Of a DNA stretch of 64,000 nucleotides, positions 29,887 to 42,494 are shown piece after piece (position 1 is the stretch's first letter; each line of letters opens with the position of its first letter). Source of the DNA: Camelus ferus (lineage: Eukaryota). The notes below the pieces were generated by a model. That model did no database searches. It saw only the letters and a program-made list of their open reading frames with translations, and was not told the DNA's origin. The stretch lies in NCBI RefSeq assembly GCF_009834535.1, contig NC_045697.1, forward strand, positions 34,102,001 through 34,166,000, given 5' to 3'. The position numbers and the translations under genes are program-made.

Positions 29887-32800
29887 GGTCTGTCCCAAGG
29901 GTTGGTAAACAATTTCTGTCCTCTTCTCTTGGTTTTTAACCCCACAGGTCCCCAGCAGCGATACTGCTGTGATTCTTCGAGGTAAGAGATTCAGCCATCC
30001 AATTGGTTTTAGGTCTTGCATATCAATTTTATTACTGCACCATGTTTACTTCAAAAAAAAAAAAAAAAGCTCTATTTTTTTTCAGTCTACTGTGGTCCAG
30101 GTTATTGGCTCTTTCAGAGCTCTGTTAATTGCCATGTTTACAAACCCACACACGCAAAGAGAGAAATTAGATAGGTAGATCTTTAGCAGTCCTGATTGTC
30201 CTGGATTTTACTGATTATTTTTTAAACGAAAATGGACCTCGCTTTCTGTGTGCACTGCTTCCTGGTAAACTGTAACAATCTCATGCTGCCAAAAAACAAC
30301 ACAATTTCCAGGATCTCAGAAGAAAAAACAAAGCCATTGATAAGTTACAGATTTCCAGGAAGAAGGGAAAACAAAAAGGAGCCTAGAAGAGGAAGACAGA
30401 CTTCCCTCCACCCTCAAGTTGCCCCAGGTCCATCATAGAAGGGGGTCCCAGCTCCGCGGAGAAAGAGAGGGAGGCTGGCGTGTGCTGATCCAGGTTATGC
30501 AAATGCAATCTGTCATCTTCACCGGCCCCTCGCCCCCCACCCCATGAAGCTGGATATTTTGAAAAACGCTTCTTACTCAGACTTCCAGGCAGATTTAATA
30601 TCAACGTTAGAATCCAATCTAGTAGCCATTGGGAACATTTTACTTTCCTTACTGAGAATAGAGTATTTGGGGGACAATGAACATTTTTTTTTTTTTGTAA
30701 CAGACTATTTCAAATGAGCAGCCCTGATTCATGTCCTTAGCCTGGACGCACTTGACTCTGTGCCATGAAGCCATGGCATCATATTGCTTGAGTTCCTCCT
30801 TCCGAGAGATGGAGAGAAAGGGGGCTGGGGGAAGTGGGCTTTGCAGAAGCAGGGGGTAAGAAATTTTTGCTTGAGAAAAATATTGCCCTTTCCATGAAGA
30901 AGGCAAGATTTATGTACTGTTGAAAGGGTGCCTGGGCAGTGACCCGAACTGCCAAATCTTCAATCAAATAGTATATATTTCTTAGCCTTCCAGAGAGCAG
31001 TTATCTAATGGGGACGGGCCAGTTGCACAGCGCTAGTTCCTGGGCTAGCACTTCCCGCCTCTGCTCTCTGAGCTCTGCGTTCCAAAATGCGAAATGAACA
31101 CTTCGGGAGATGCACCTATACCCATTTGATGTCATTCTCCATCGAGGCCAAATTTTGAGAGAAAATCTTCAAAGGAGCAAAACCACAGATAACAACATCA
31201 CTGAGTCTTCATTTACAGCAGCCCCTAAAGTATAGAGTCTTGTCTGCAGTCAGTACTGCCTCTGCCTTATCTCTGCTGATGGATTACTTTGGTCATCCTA
31301 GAAGGAGCATCCCTCAGTAGCTCAACACACGACTCTACACATATCCAACCAACTACAGTTGAGACTCATCTCATCTTTTTTTCATTGAAGCCTCATTACT
31401 ACTTTTTTTGTTCAGCCTGCCTGTATAAGAATTCTGTACATTCATTTGCAAGGTTGAGTGAAATCCAAAGCTGACCAACCAGTCATGAAGGCAATTTGGA
31501 ACCCGATCTATGGATGTGATGTAAGAGCTCAGTTCGTAATAGGGATGACTGCCTCATTTGATGATCTGGATTTCTCCCTAAGGCTGTGATGAGGGTCTGT
31601 GTTCACAGTGGCATCAGCTGCTAGAAATGATCCTCTTAATTGAAAAGAGAGGGTTGATTTCCTACTGTTAAACCCAAGGAGAGAGAGTTACAAGATATTA
31701 TTTTAGAAAGCAAGAGGAAAAGAGAACCCCAAAAGAAACAAATGGTTACGCAATAGATAATGTATGTTAGTAAGAATATAAAAATTCTGCTTTACCTGGA
31801 AAAATCATCTCAGTAGTTTCATGAGAAATTAGTTGAGTATGGGGACCAAATTTTCCTTTAGGCTTTCAGTTGTATAATCATAGTTCCCTTCAAGGAACTC
31901 TCCAGTCTCTAGGGGTGGAGTGATCCACTGTGAAATTCTGATTCGTTGGTTCCTTGGCAGGGTGAGATGCTTTTCCATTGTAAAATGCCCAAAGAGAGTG
32001 GAATGTGGCCATACCAGTGACCTTCAGGTTAATATTCCCAATGCCCACCCAGGAATCACTGTGTAGCCATTTATTTTAAACACTGGAAAGGCAATTTTGG
32101 GCAGATACCTAGGAGGAATCATTTTGATGTCCAAGCTCTTTAAAAAGTTTCTAAGGATGAAGTTCTAAATCAGAAATGAAGTATCTGTAATCTATGTTCC
32201 CGAGCAAAACAATTTTTCTTTATTTACCTGTTTAGATCATTCTTGGAAAATATTGAGTAATTTATATCTTTATTATTATTTGGCATTAAAAGTCTGAAGA
32301 ATTTGATGCTTGTGGTTTTGGATGTAAAGCATCACTGAAGAAAAAAAAATACTTTGAACTCTTATATCAACCTTCATAAACTGTAAAACTAGTAAACCTG
32401 GCACGAAATGGTGTTGCTGTGGGCCCTCCGGGATATAGATGGTCACAACCAGCATTACACAAATCCGATTAAACAGCTCTGATTTTAGAGGCAAGAGCAG
32501 CCAGAAAAATGGAAACGTTGATGTATTTCTAGTTAATGACCTTTGTCCCCACTTCCTTCTTCTGACACCTAGCCAAATCTTCCTCTCCTTGGCCCCCACC
32601 CACTCTCCTTCCAGGCTGAACAGCACATAGAAAAAAGTCCTTCCTTCTCTGCCTCTCTATCTTGTCTTGCCCAAAACGACATACATAAAACATAAACGTC
32701 ATTAGGCATCCTTCAGGGCCCTCAAACTGCTCCCCACTCCTGAAAGATTCAGATCATTACATTATAGAGGGGTTACTACTGAACTATCATTGAGTTCTTT

Positions 32801-35800
32801 GTTTTGTTTTGCTTTGTTTGGTTTTAGCCATGAAAATAGCCATAATCTGCATTTGAAGGGGCAGCAGACACTGAAAATTGCAGGGACATATTCTCTTATG
32901 CCACACTCACGTCCAAGCGACCCCGTGTTCACAGTTTGGAAACTGTGATGTAAATTGTGTGGTAGACTTACCCTGTGTAGACCCAGCAGAAATCCCATCA
33001 TTCATTTGACAGTGATGACCACACATGCATTCCTACCACTCATGCTCCTTGACTTAAAGTATCAGGCGTGACACTTGCATTATTACACTTACCAGCTTTG
33101 TGAGGCAAAGACCCAGGTAAAGACACATTTGGGGCTTGAATCCTCCAGGATTGTTGCCTCCAACCTCTCCATTGCCAAATAGAAACAGCAGACTGGTGGC
33201 TGATTCTGCTGATTAAATGATACGTGTTTGCATATATACCATCTTTATTGTGCATTTCAACCAATGAAGGACCTTGAAAATGCAAAGAGAAAATGTGGTG
33301 CAGAGAATAAAGTTTGGTTTATGGATCTAAGGATAGGCTTTCCTTAAACAAGCATTATGTACAATACACAGAAATGTTGACAAAATCCCATCTTTCTTAA
33401 ATCAATGACTCCTTTATAAATACTCATTAGAAAGAGCTCAATCACAATTTGCCAAGTTAAATAAACAGACAAAAAATATATATTTCTGATGCTAGAAGGA
33501 AAAAAAGCTCCAAAATTTGTTCTGTGGACAATTTTGAATAGTATTTTACAAAGGGTGATATGCCACAGTTTTTTTTCCCTCAGCAAAATGTAATCATATA
33601 TTTATCCCAGGAGGGAGGGTAGAGTAATGTGCAAGTATTTGTTCCCGTTGGTTCAATCGGCAGTTACTGGGATGAGGAATACAGAGAAACAAACAAAAAC
33701 ATCTGTTGCTTGAAAGCAAATAGTCAACACGGAGGTAAAGTTGCTAATGGAATGTAGAATATTATGTAAACTTCCTTGTAAATTCTGTACATAGTTCATT
33801 GAACTGTTCCCTGTTGCGTGGTGGTCCTCAGCTTTGGGAGGATGTTTGAAAAAATCTGAGCATTGTAAATACTGTAAGCTTACAAGGCACTTGCTTTTAT
33901 TCATGAAGTGAACTGACCAGTGATTTGGGCCCAAACCAGAATCATTTTTAGCTCTTGCTCTTTCTCTGCCATTTTCTGTGCGCAGTCGTGTAATTCTGCC
34001 AGATGTCTGTGATCACTGCCTCATGCCCCAACCCCACTGAAAGGGAATGGAGCTGCCAAGAAGGCTTCACACCTGTGGGGCTCGGGAGCAGCACACCCCC
34101 AGAGACAGGAACCCCATAGTGAGCTGCTCCTGGAACAGTGCCGTGAAAAGTAGACGTGTTCTTATCAGCCATTCATGCCTATTCATATACTCAGATACCG
34201 AATTACCCATGCTGTTGAAGGGGTCAGGAATGGAAGTGATGGTCAAAAGCCACAGGTAATCCAAAGCTTTATTTGCACCAATAGCTTTAGCTTCTATCTT
34301 CTTTCTTTCTACAAGGTTTCCCAAAACTGTTAATAGGAACAGAAATGGACAGATGGGTTTGACCAGGGTAAACAGTCAAATGTGCAAATGATGGGAAGGA
34401 AAAAAGAAAGAGATAGCAAATGACATTAGTAACACCAACTGGGTGATTCATGCCTGAAAGATCCAGAAGTAACCATGTCACTGTTTTTGAAAGGGAAAAA
34501 GAAATATTGGTATAAACGGACTGGGTATTAAAACAAGTGCTTTTCAACCGGGGGCCCAGGATATGTTCCATATGTGCTAGTTATACTTAAAAGAGGATCT
34601 GGCCATTAAATGTTCTCAAATATATTTCTCCCAAGTCCTGGTATTCTTGAAAGAGTCTTCAGAATGGTGGCATCTTATGCCATAAGATGTGTTTCCATGC
34701 AAACTGGCAGTCCCAGAGAAGGTGATGGTGTCTCCAGAAATTCTGATATCCAAGCAAGCAGGGACATAGATTGGTTTCTTGGCAATATTTGAGAGTGAAC
34801 CATGTCTTTCCTGGAGATAAGAACTTAGTAAGGCAGGGCTTTTGTTGCCAGCATTTTAAGTGCCAGGAGAGTGCAGGGAGCCATTATTGTGAGACATCTG
34901 GGTTCCAAAATGTGCCAACTAGGGCCCACCATCAACTGAATAAGAAAAAAATGCCCTATTGGAACTAGTCAGGTCAATTTCTAGGTCCAGGACACATTGT
35001 GCTTTTACTTAAATCCTGCTTTTTCTACATAACTGAAATCAACTAAACTGACAGAAAACTTAATCGTCAGAGGCTGCCATTTCACAAGCAAACATTTGAA
35101 AGGAAATCCTTTTCAATAGAAGAATTGCAAACCAGAAAATGCTAAGTTCCTGGGAGGAGACGTGTAAAGAGCTTTGAGTTTGCTTTTACTTCTCCAAAGC
35201 GAGAATTTCCTTATTCAAACCGAAGAGGTCTAACCGTTGTGGGTTTTGTTTGGTTTTTCTTAATTTAAAAAGTTCTCGGTCCATCAAGGGACCGGAAACC
35301 ATTCCTGATCGGCCGGTAGGTACTTTGCATGTCCTGGAGCAACCAGCACTCATCACCAAGGCTTCAGTAGGAATTCAGTGGAGGAAAAGGAGGTATCTTT
35401 CTGAACCAGTTAGGAAAGAAAACCATTCTCATGAACAGCTCTACCTACATTTTCTGTCCTGAAGACAGTGGGAAAATAAATCCATAAAAGAGAAGCAAAT
35501 AATATTATGCATCTGCCTTAGGCACACAGGGTCACAGATTCACTAGCTTAGAACAGCCCCATCTGGAAGCCAAAAGATGAAAAAGAGCAATCAGTGTTGC
35601 TGTCTGGCCCCTATTTCTCCCTGGGTTTCCTTTGCAAGAGAAACAGGAAGGGGAAACATTTTCCAATGTAATTTTTTTACAGGTGAAAACTACTAAAATA
35701 TGGTATGTTTGTGCATTTTGCAAGCTTGGCAATAGATTACTTCTCTTGTGTTCTCTCCTTCCCAGCACCACATACTGTCCTGCCTCATGCCTTAACCCAG

Positions 35801-38800
35801 TGAAATCAATTCATTAATTTTTCCTCTTTCCCATTTCTAAACCTCGTAAGTGGTCTTGCCCATGAATAGCTGAAAGCTTAAGCTTCTTTGGACTCATACT
35901 GTGTATCTTCAATTGAATCCACAAAAACAATAAATTCTACTAATTTCCCCAAAGTCCTACTCTTTTGCCTCTAAAAGACCTTTAGAGATAGCTTGTGTAA
36001 TCACAGTAGCCTCCTCTGAACTGCTTTGGGTTTATTTTTCTTTTCTGCTTTTCTGTCCCTTATATAAAGAGTATACATGTTTATCTAAACCTTCTCTCTC
36101 CCCACTTAATTCAAAATGAAGTGGAAATAAAAAGCATTACCTCAAATCTAGGAAAATTACACTATCCACACCAAAGTTTGATGATAAGACCATCTCCTGA
36201 CATTATAACTGTTACGTGGTGAATTCACACCGTATCGATTCTTTTTCATCAAACTCATTCATTCATATGTTTCTTCCATCTTGACTGGACACCATTTAAA
36301 AACCTATTATTATTCCTCCCAGAACGGCTTATCATTGACATGGCACACCACTAGTTACAGACTCTCCTCTAGGAACTTGACCCACTTCATCCTCTCTGGC
36401 TCTTACTCCTATTACAAATTTCCACTTCCATGAATTACTCTACCTATCCCTGCTCAACCTTCTAGTAGACATTAAATATAGTTAATAATTGGACAGGTCA
36501 CAAGGCAAACTGTCCAAATTGCCCCTATAACATATATAACATATAGAAAATCTTCCTCCAAACAACATTTCCATATATAGAGAAAAGAAAGTTCTCTAAA
36601 TATATTCCAAGCAATGGGCAGCCTAAACTTACACAGTTAACTATAAATGAGCTGCATGGTATGAAGAAGGAAATTATAGTGGACAGAAGACACCTTGGAA
36701 TTAGGTTCTCATGACCTGGCCTTTATGCTGTCACTGCCACTGCGCAGTTGTGTGACTTTGGACATAGCACCAGATGACCTCCAAGTTCCCTTCCAGAACG
36801 GAATTTCAAAGGGCATTTTAGAGATGTCCATTTGTATAGGAGGTTACCAGAAAGATACAGGAGTCCTGTGGTCTCTGTTAACATGGCCCCACAAATTTAG
36901 TAATATTCGTTGTTGCATGACTTTGGGAGTAAGCCAACTGGTATAAAGTGAACTGAATTCAAAGCTTCTTTATATCCCTTTAAAAAATATATATAGAATG
37001 CACAATTAGATTTTCAGACAAGTAGCAAAAATTTATTTTATGATTTTAGTAATGGTCTACACTGCAATATTTCCCTTTAAGAACATTGGAGAGTCTCAGA
37101 TAACATAAATCAACATGGGCTCCAGTTTTATCTCTGGAAGATGTGGATGGCTTAGACCACCCTCTCTGACTCAGTCAGGAATGGCCATGAAATGCTCCCC
37201 CTGAGTAGAAAAGCCAACTTTTAGCAGCCTCCCAGCAGAAATGCTGTTACAGTGCCCTTCAATGTTCCTTCCCATCCTAGACGCCATCACTGTCCTGTGT
37301 CTGGGAAGGGCAAGAGCAGACAGAGTTGAGCTCTCAGGCAAGAAGCAGCCTCCCATCTAGCTGGAAAAGATTCCAGGCCTTTAGAACCTCTGTTATCCAC
37401 TCTCCTTGCCCCCCTTCTCCCACCTCCCCCCCATCCCTACTCAACCAGTTAAATCTGCCAAATGTTTTAGGCACAGCCATGATAAAACTGGAAGTTTACT
37501 TATTAAATGGCTGCCCAATGCCTGGGGGTAAAAAGAGGGGTGGAGAATGGTTTGAGGGTAGATATCCAATGGAGACTGTCACACTTTGGTTTCAGGCATT
37601 GGAAAACACTTTCCTACACATGATTTCATGATTTGACCTTCACTACAATGCTGTGAAGTTATGATGACAATACCACTATCTGGAAATAGAGGCTCCAATA
37701 GGTTAAATGATTTATCCAAGATCTGATAACTGGTTATTGTGGTGTTAGTATTCGATCCCACTTTTCCTTGGCTCCAAAGGCAAAGCTTTTTCCTCTCCAT
37801 GACACTTCCTGGATTTAATCTTTTTACCTTGATGATTCAGGTTTTGAGTAGTCCAAAGATGCATGCAGAGTAGCAGGCAAGAGAGTAATTTCCTCTCTAG
37901 ACAGCTAGATACTATGGCCAGTGAACATTCTTACTCTTGGTTTTTTGTTGTTTTTTTTTTTTTTTAACTTTTCTGCCATCCTTCACCCATCCCCCGCACA
38001 AAAGTCTTTCATTATCCTCTTGAGCTAATTATGGGACCTCATAATTCGCAAACCAAGAGGCTATGGGAAATATTAATAAGTTAACATTAACACCTTGGAG
38101 ACCGTGTCTTGGCTCACTATGAATCATTTATTCATGAATTCATGATTGACCTCAGTCTTCTCCATCATTCATGCTCACTTTATTTCTCATTATTCCTTTT
38201 ACTCAGCTTCAAGCAAGCTCACCCTCAAGCTTTCCCTACCCTCCCACTGCCACAGCCACCTGTCAGCCCCAAGTTCTCACTGCTGTGCTTGAAGTTTTAC
38301 ATTTTATCCCACTGCCCATATCTTCCTCCTCCTAGACCCTCCCTCATGCTGGAGTATGAATCAGGCCAACATTGTCCAAAAAGCCATTGCGAGCAGCCTG
38401 CTGTCATTCTGTTCACTCACCCTCTCCCCCACTCCCTTAACTAACTCTCATGGCCATTTTGTCCAATAATATTATTTCATTTGTGTTGTTTTCTAGTAAT
38501 GTTGCAAATAGATGTTCTGCCTTCCTAAATAAAGTGTTAGGTCCTTAAAGGTAAATGCCCCATTTTCTGATTCTTTTGTATTGCCCCAAACATCTGTTAT
38601 ACTGTCCATGGTAGAGAGTCTGCTCATGCTGATTAAATAGCTGATGCTGGTAAACTTAGCTATGGAGAAACACATTTCCATAACGGACGTGACTTCAGGT
38701 TCACAGACATTACCTGGTGAGGCAGGTGTCCCCCACACCCTCCCCCAAGTTATTTTAGTCCCAGAGAGCCTATGTCTACAACCTCGAAATGGATAAAATA

Positions 38801-40040
38801 TGCAAAGTCACAGTTGAACCCAGGTTAGGGTCTGTGCCAACTGGTCATTGAGATTTTTTTCCATTGCTTATAACTGAACAAACTGAATCCTAAAACCATC
38901 ATTCTAGATTCTGCCAGTCTAGCAGAGTTGGACTTTCCACGTTAATTACTACTACTTATGGAAAAAGGAAACTTTTTATTTAAAGTTTCATTTTTTCCCT
39001 CATTTACCCAAGTTTGCCTTATTAAAAGCTTTTGAATTTAGGTTCTACGGGGTGTTAACTCTTGAAGCTGGGACTACACTTCATAACTGGAACACTCCAA
39101 ACTGTTCTAAGAGAATCCTCCCAGAGAATATTGCACACCAAATTTCACGTATCCCAAGAATTAAATAGAATGTGTAGAACTATCTAAGGAGGATGGACAG
39201 TTCTTGACGTCGGCCACCGTCCCTCGAGACCACATGAGACAGACGTACAGAGAAACACCTTTCCTGACCCCTCCTTTCAATTGTCAATTTCCTGCTCTCC
39301 TGTTATGTATATTATTTCCATATTTGCATAAAAGATATCATTTGCAAGCCTTACCTCAGAGTGGCAACCAGCCGCCCCAGTTTTACTAGATGACATATTT
39401 TTCTACTTGATATTTCCCCAAGTACACTGAATCACAGTGTATCTGCTTTTCCTTTTTTTTTTTTTTTTAATTTCATGAGAATCCATTTCCTACATCTTTT
39501 TGAAATACTCACTGGATAAAGCTTGAAATATTTTCTATTTTGCAATGATGCCCCTGAGACATTTGAGGGGGCACCCTCTTGATTATTCTAACACACTGCA
39601 GTGTCATGGAAAACAGAATTACATATACAAGTGATAGTTCATATACAGAACATCCACTACTCTTCTAAGTATGGAATCCTCATGATTAGATATGCATCTG
39701 TTCATCCACTGTGTTGCTCAGCTCCTTACTTAGAGAGGGCCAATAACCCTCTTGGTAAAAGCTACCATGTGGTATCATTACAAAGACAAGATTGCATGAG
39801 GCTTTTGGAAATTCCAAATGATATAAATGTTTACAAGGACCAACTTTTTTTTTCTTTTGACATCTTTAAATAAGCTTTTTATTTTTGACCACCAGGCAGC
39901 AGTTTGTGACATTGTGATGGGAACCTAATGGTTAATGTGAAATAATGTTGTCGTGTCACTTAAAGGGTTAATGGAGATGTAAACTGGAAACTTTAATACT
40001 GTATAAAAAATATAAATAAAACTGTTTTTGAGAGAAACTC
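29887..40040 (+). other. GABRB1: Putative extended GABRB1 3'UTR (distal end uncertain: ~40040, possibly ~41600 or ~42150)
   Basis: No AATAAA seen by eye until 33306. The region lacks young L1/LTR insertions. There is a well-formed poly(A) context at AATAAA 40015-40020. Confidence 0.5.
40015..40020 (+). terminator. Candidate distal polyadenylation signal of GABRB1
   Basis: AATAAA with upstream TGTA elements (39978, 40000) and downstream T/GT-rich sequence (ctgtttttg...tctgggttagggtggcttg). Confidence 0.5.
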
Positions 40041-42494
40041 ATCTGGGTTAGGGTGGCTTGCTTGAAAAATTCTCTTGGCTCTCCATCATCTCTGAATAAT
40101 TTATTTCACTCCTCTGACTTTATTCAAGGAGACTCAACCTGAGGCAAAGATCTTTATACAGTGATTCAGGAGTTTCAGGAAAGCAGGACTCATTAGGCTA
40201 AAGAAAGGGGAAATTACTAGCCTGCCAGCAATGGAACACCTCTTTGGCTACCACCTTACCTAAAATTTGAATCTAAAAAGTAGCTGAACTTTCCAAACCA
40301 GTCTCCTGCTATCCGAATTCATGGCACCCTGTACTATATACCTGGATCTTTCAATGGCAGGAGCTTCCATTGCCTCTTAAAATCCGTTATGCTAAACTCA
40401 CCAAATATGTTATAAGATATTTAATGTTTTCTTCCTTGTATTTTTTTTAATCTCCACTAATCAATTTGCTGAATTGTCTATTTACTCTCCTACTAAACAT
40501 GAATTAGCTAATTCATATCCCAAGTGGTATTATTACACAGATCTTGTACATAAAATAATCCCTTTCTCCTTCTTTATTTTTCAGCAGGGAGAACTCTTTA
40601 ATTGCCAAGATACATAAATTACAATATTTTAGCTTTCTTCGCTCCTTTGACATAAGCATTTGCTTTCTCGCATAAGCAGATAATGCTTTTGTATACCTAC
40701 CAGACCACTAAACAGCTCAAAGGCGAGAATGAGTATTTTTGGAAACTTATAGAAATTTTAATGAGATGGGTTTAACAAATGCAAAGAAAGAAAAGGTAGA
40801 CTCCTTACTTTTATAATTCCAGTTTCTATTTTGTATCAATATATGCTGCATTTTCTGATTGAAACTGCTGTTCTAATGAAACTTGTGGTTCTCTGTAGTT
40901 GATTTTTACATTTGAAATCAAACTTTCATAAAGTGTGCATGATTTGTACCCTTTCTGTTAGGAACTTGATTAAATAGTCTAACCATTTCATTAATTCCTT
41001 TTTACATGCTTGAAGTATTTTGGCGTTTTGCCTTTGCTATCTCAAAAATGATCTGTGGACAAAATCCATGAAGCCTGTAGACTGAATTATACATGTGAAA
41101 GAAGAAATAGATTTCCCTCTAAGCAGTTGAATTAGTGAATAAGAAGCTGTTCAGTGAACTCTGATTTCTGACCCTTTCCCCCTTCATGGCCTTTTTTCTA
41201 TTCATCATTCACTGAGTAAATTGTGTATTCCTGTAAAATGCAAAATCAACTTACATGCATTCAGGTATGGACACAAGAAATGCTTGTGCTCTCGACTTCA
41301 GGACTCACAGATACCCTAGCAGTCACAGGACTGTAGTTTACTCAGTACTTTGTTAATACGGTGGCTTTGCTATAAAATAAGTTGCTGTTTTCTTTGCTTT
41401 GGGACTACAAGATTTTAAAACTTGCAGCAAATGAAAGAAAGAAAACACATTTGAAGGCTGGTGTCAAAAACCACCAGCTGTACTTATAAAACATGTTGTG
41501 CAGCTTCTGAAATGTAGTTTATCACTGTAAATATGTACAATTGATGTTAGCCTGTTTATTCCTAAAACGCGAATTAAACTTTTTTTAATTAAAAATGCCT
41601 ACATATAAAAAGCTTACTTTGTACTATGTTTAAAAACATGCAAGATTTCAGGCATATCTTTTTATAAGCCTTTAAAAAATGTTTAGAATTCTGAACCTAT
41701 CATTTGAGAGCTTTTATTATAAAATTTAATACAAAACAAACTCCCTTTATTTGGAAGAAATTCTTTGCAGTATTATCCAACAATTGGGGGGAAAAAACCA
41801 GCACTTTTCCAGGAGCTTATTTCTGTACCACTTTGATTTTTTTTTAATATTCTTTAAGATAACATGCCTTACAAACATTTGAACATACGGAGTGTTTATA
41901 TATTAAGGGATAAAAAAAGAAGAAATGAAGTCTCCTTGTATTCAAAGATGATGCATAAAATGGACTTTAATAGCATCCATTTGTGAGGTGCATTATGTCA
42001 TATTTCTTTTAAAATCGCCACTGTAAATATGAACATTAGAGTTGGCCTATTTGTCAGTCTTTCCTAATTTGAAGACTTCCAAATTTCAAACTCACTCTCT
42101 CCCTGCAGAAATAATATGTTGACAATAAAATAATGAACAGACGAAAGGTGTGAAGCTCATTTATCTATTAATTGGTGATTAGTAGAACAGTTTTCCACTA
42201 AGAGTCTAAATTCCAGCCCAGGGACGACTTGAACATCCATCCAGCAAAATAACTGACAATCTGCACTTCACCATCAGAGCCTCAGCCTGCAGAGGTCTGG
42301 GGATTTTAGACATCCTACACTTGGCTACTATTCCCAGAAGACACTATGTTATACAATGGGAGATATAAATGGCCATCCAATTTTATTTAAATTAGAAAGC
42401 AACAAATATATATGTAGCATGTTTAGGATTTGCTATAAGGATTAGAGGTGGTAAGAAGCTAACATGGGGTAGGTGTTTGTGTGTCTGTGTTGTC

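Noticed and set aside
30820..30856. Possible RNA G-quadruplex in the GABRB1 3'UTR
   Set aside because: Needs a 13-nt third loop, and such G-run patterns are common by chance.
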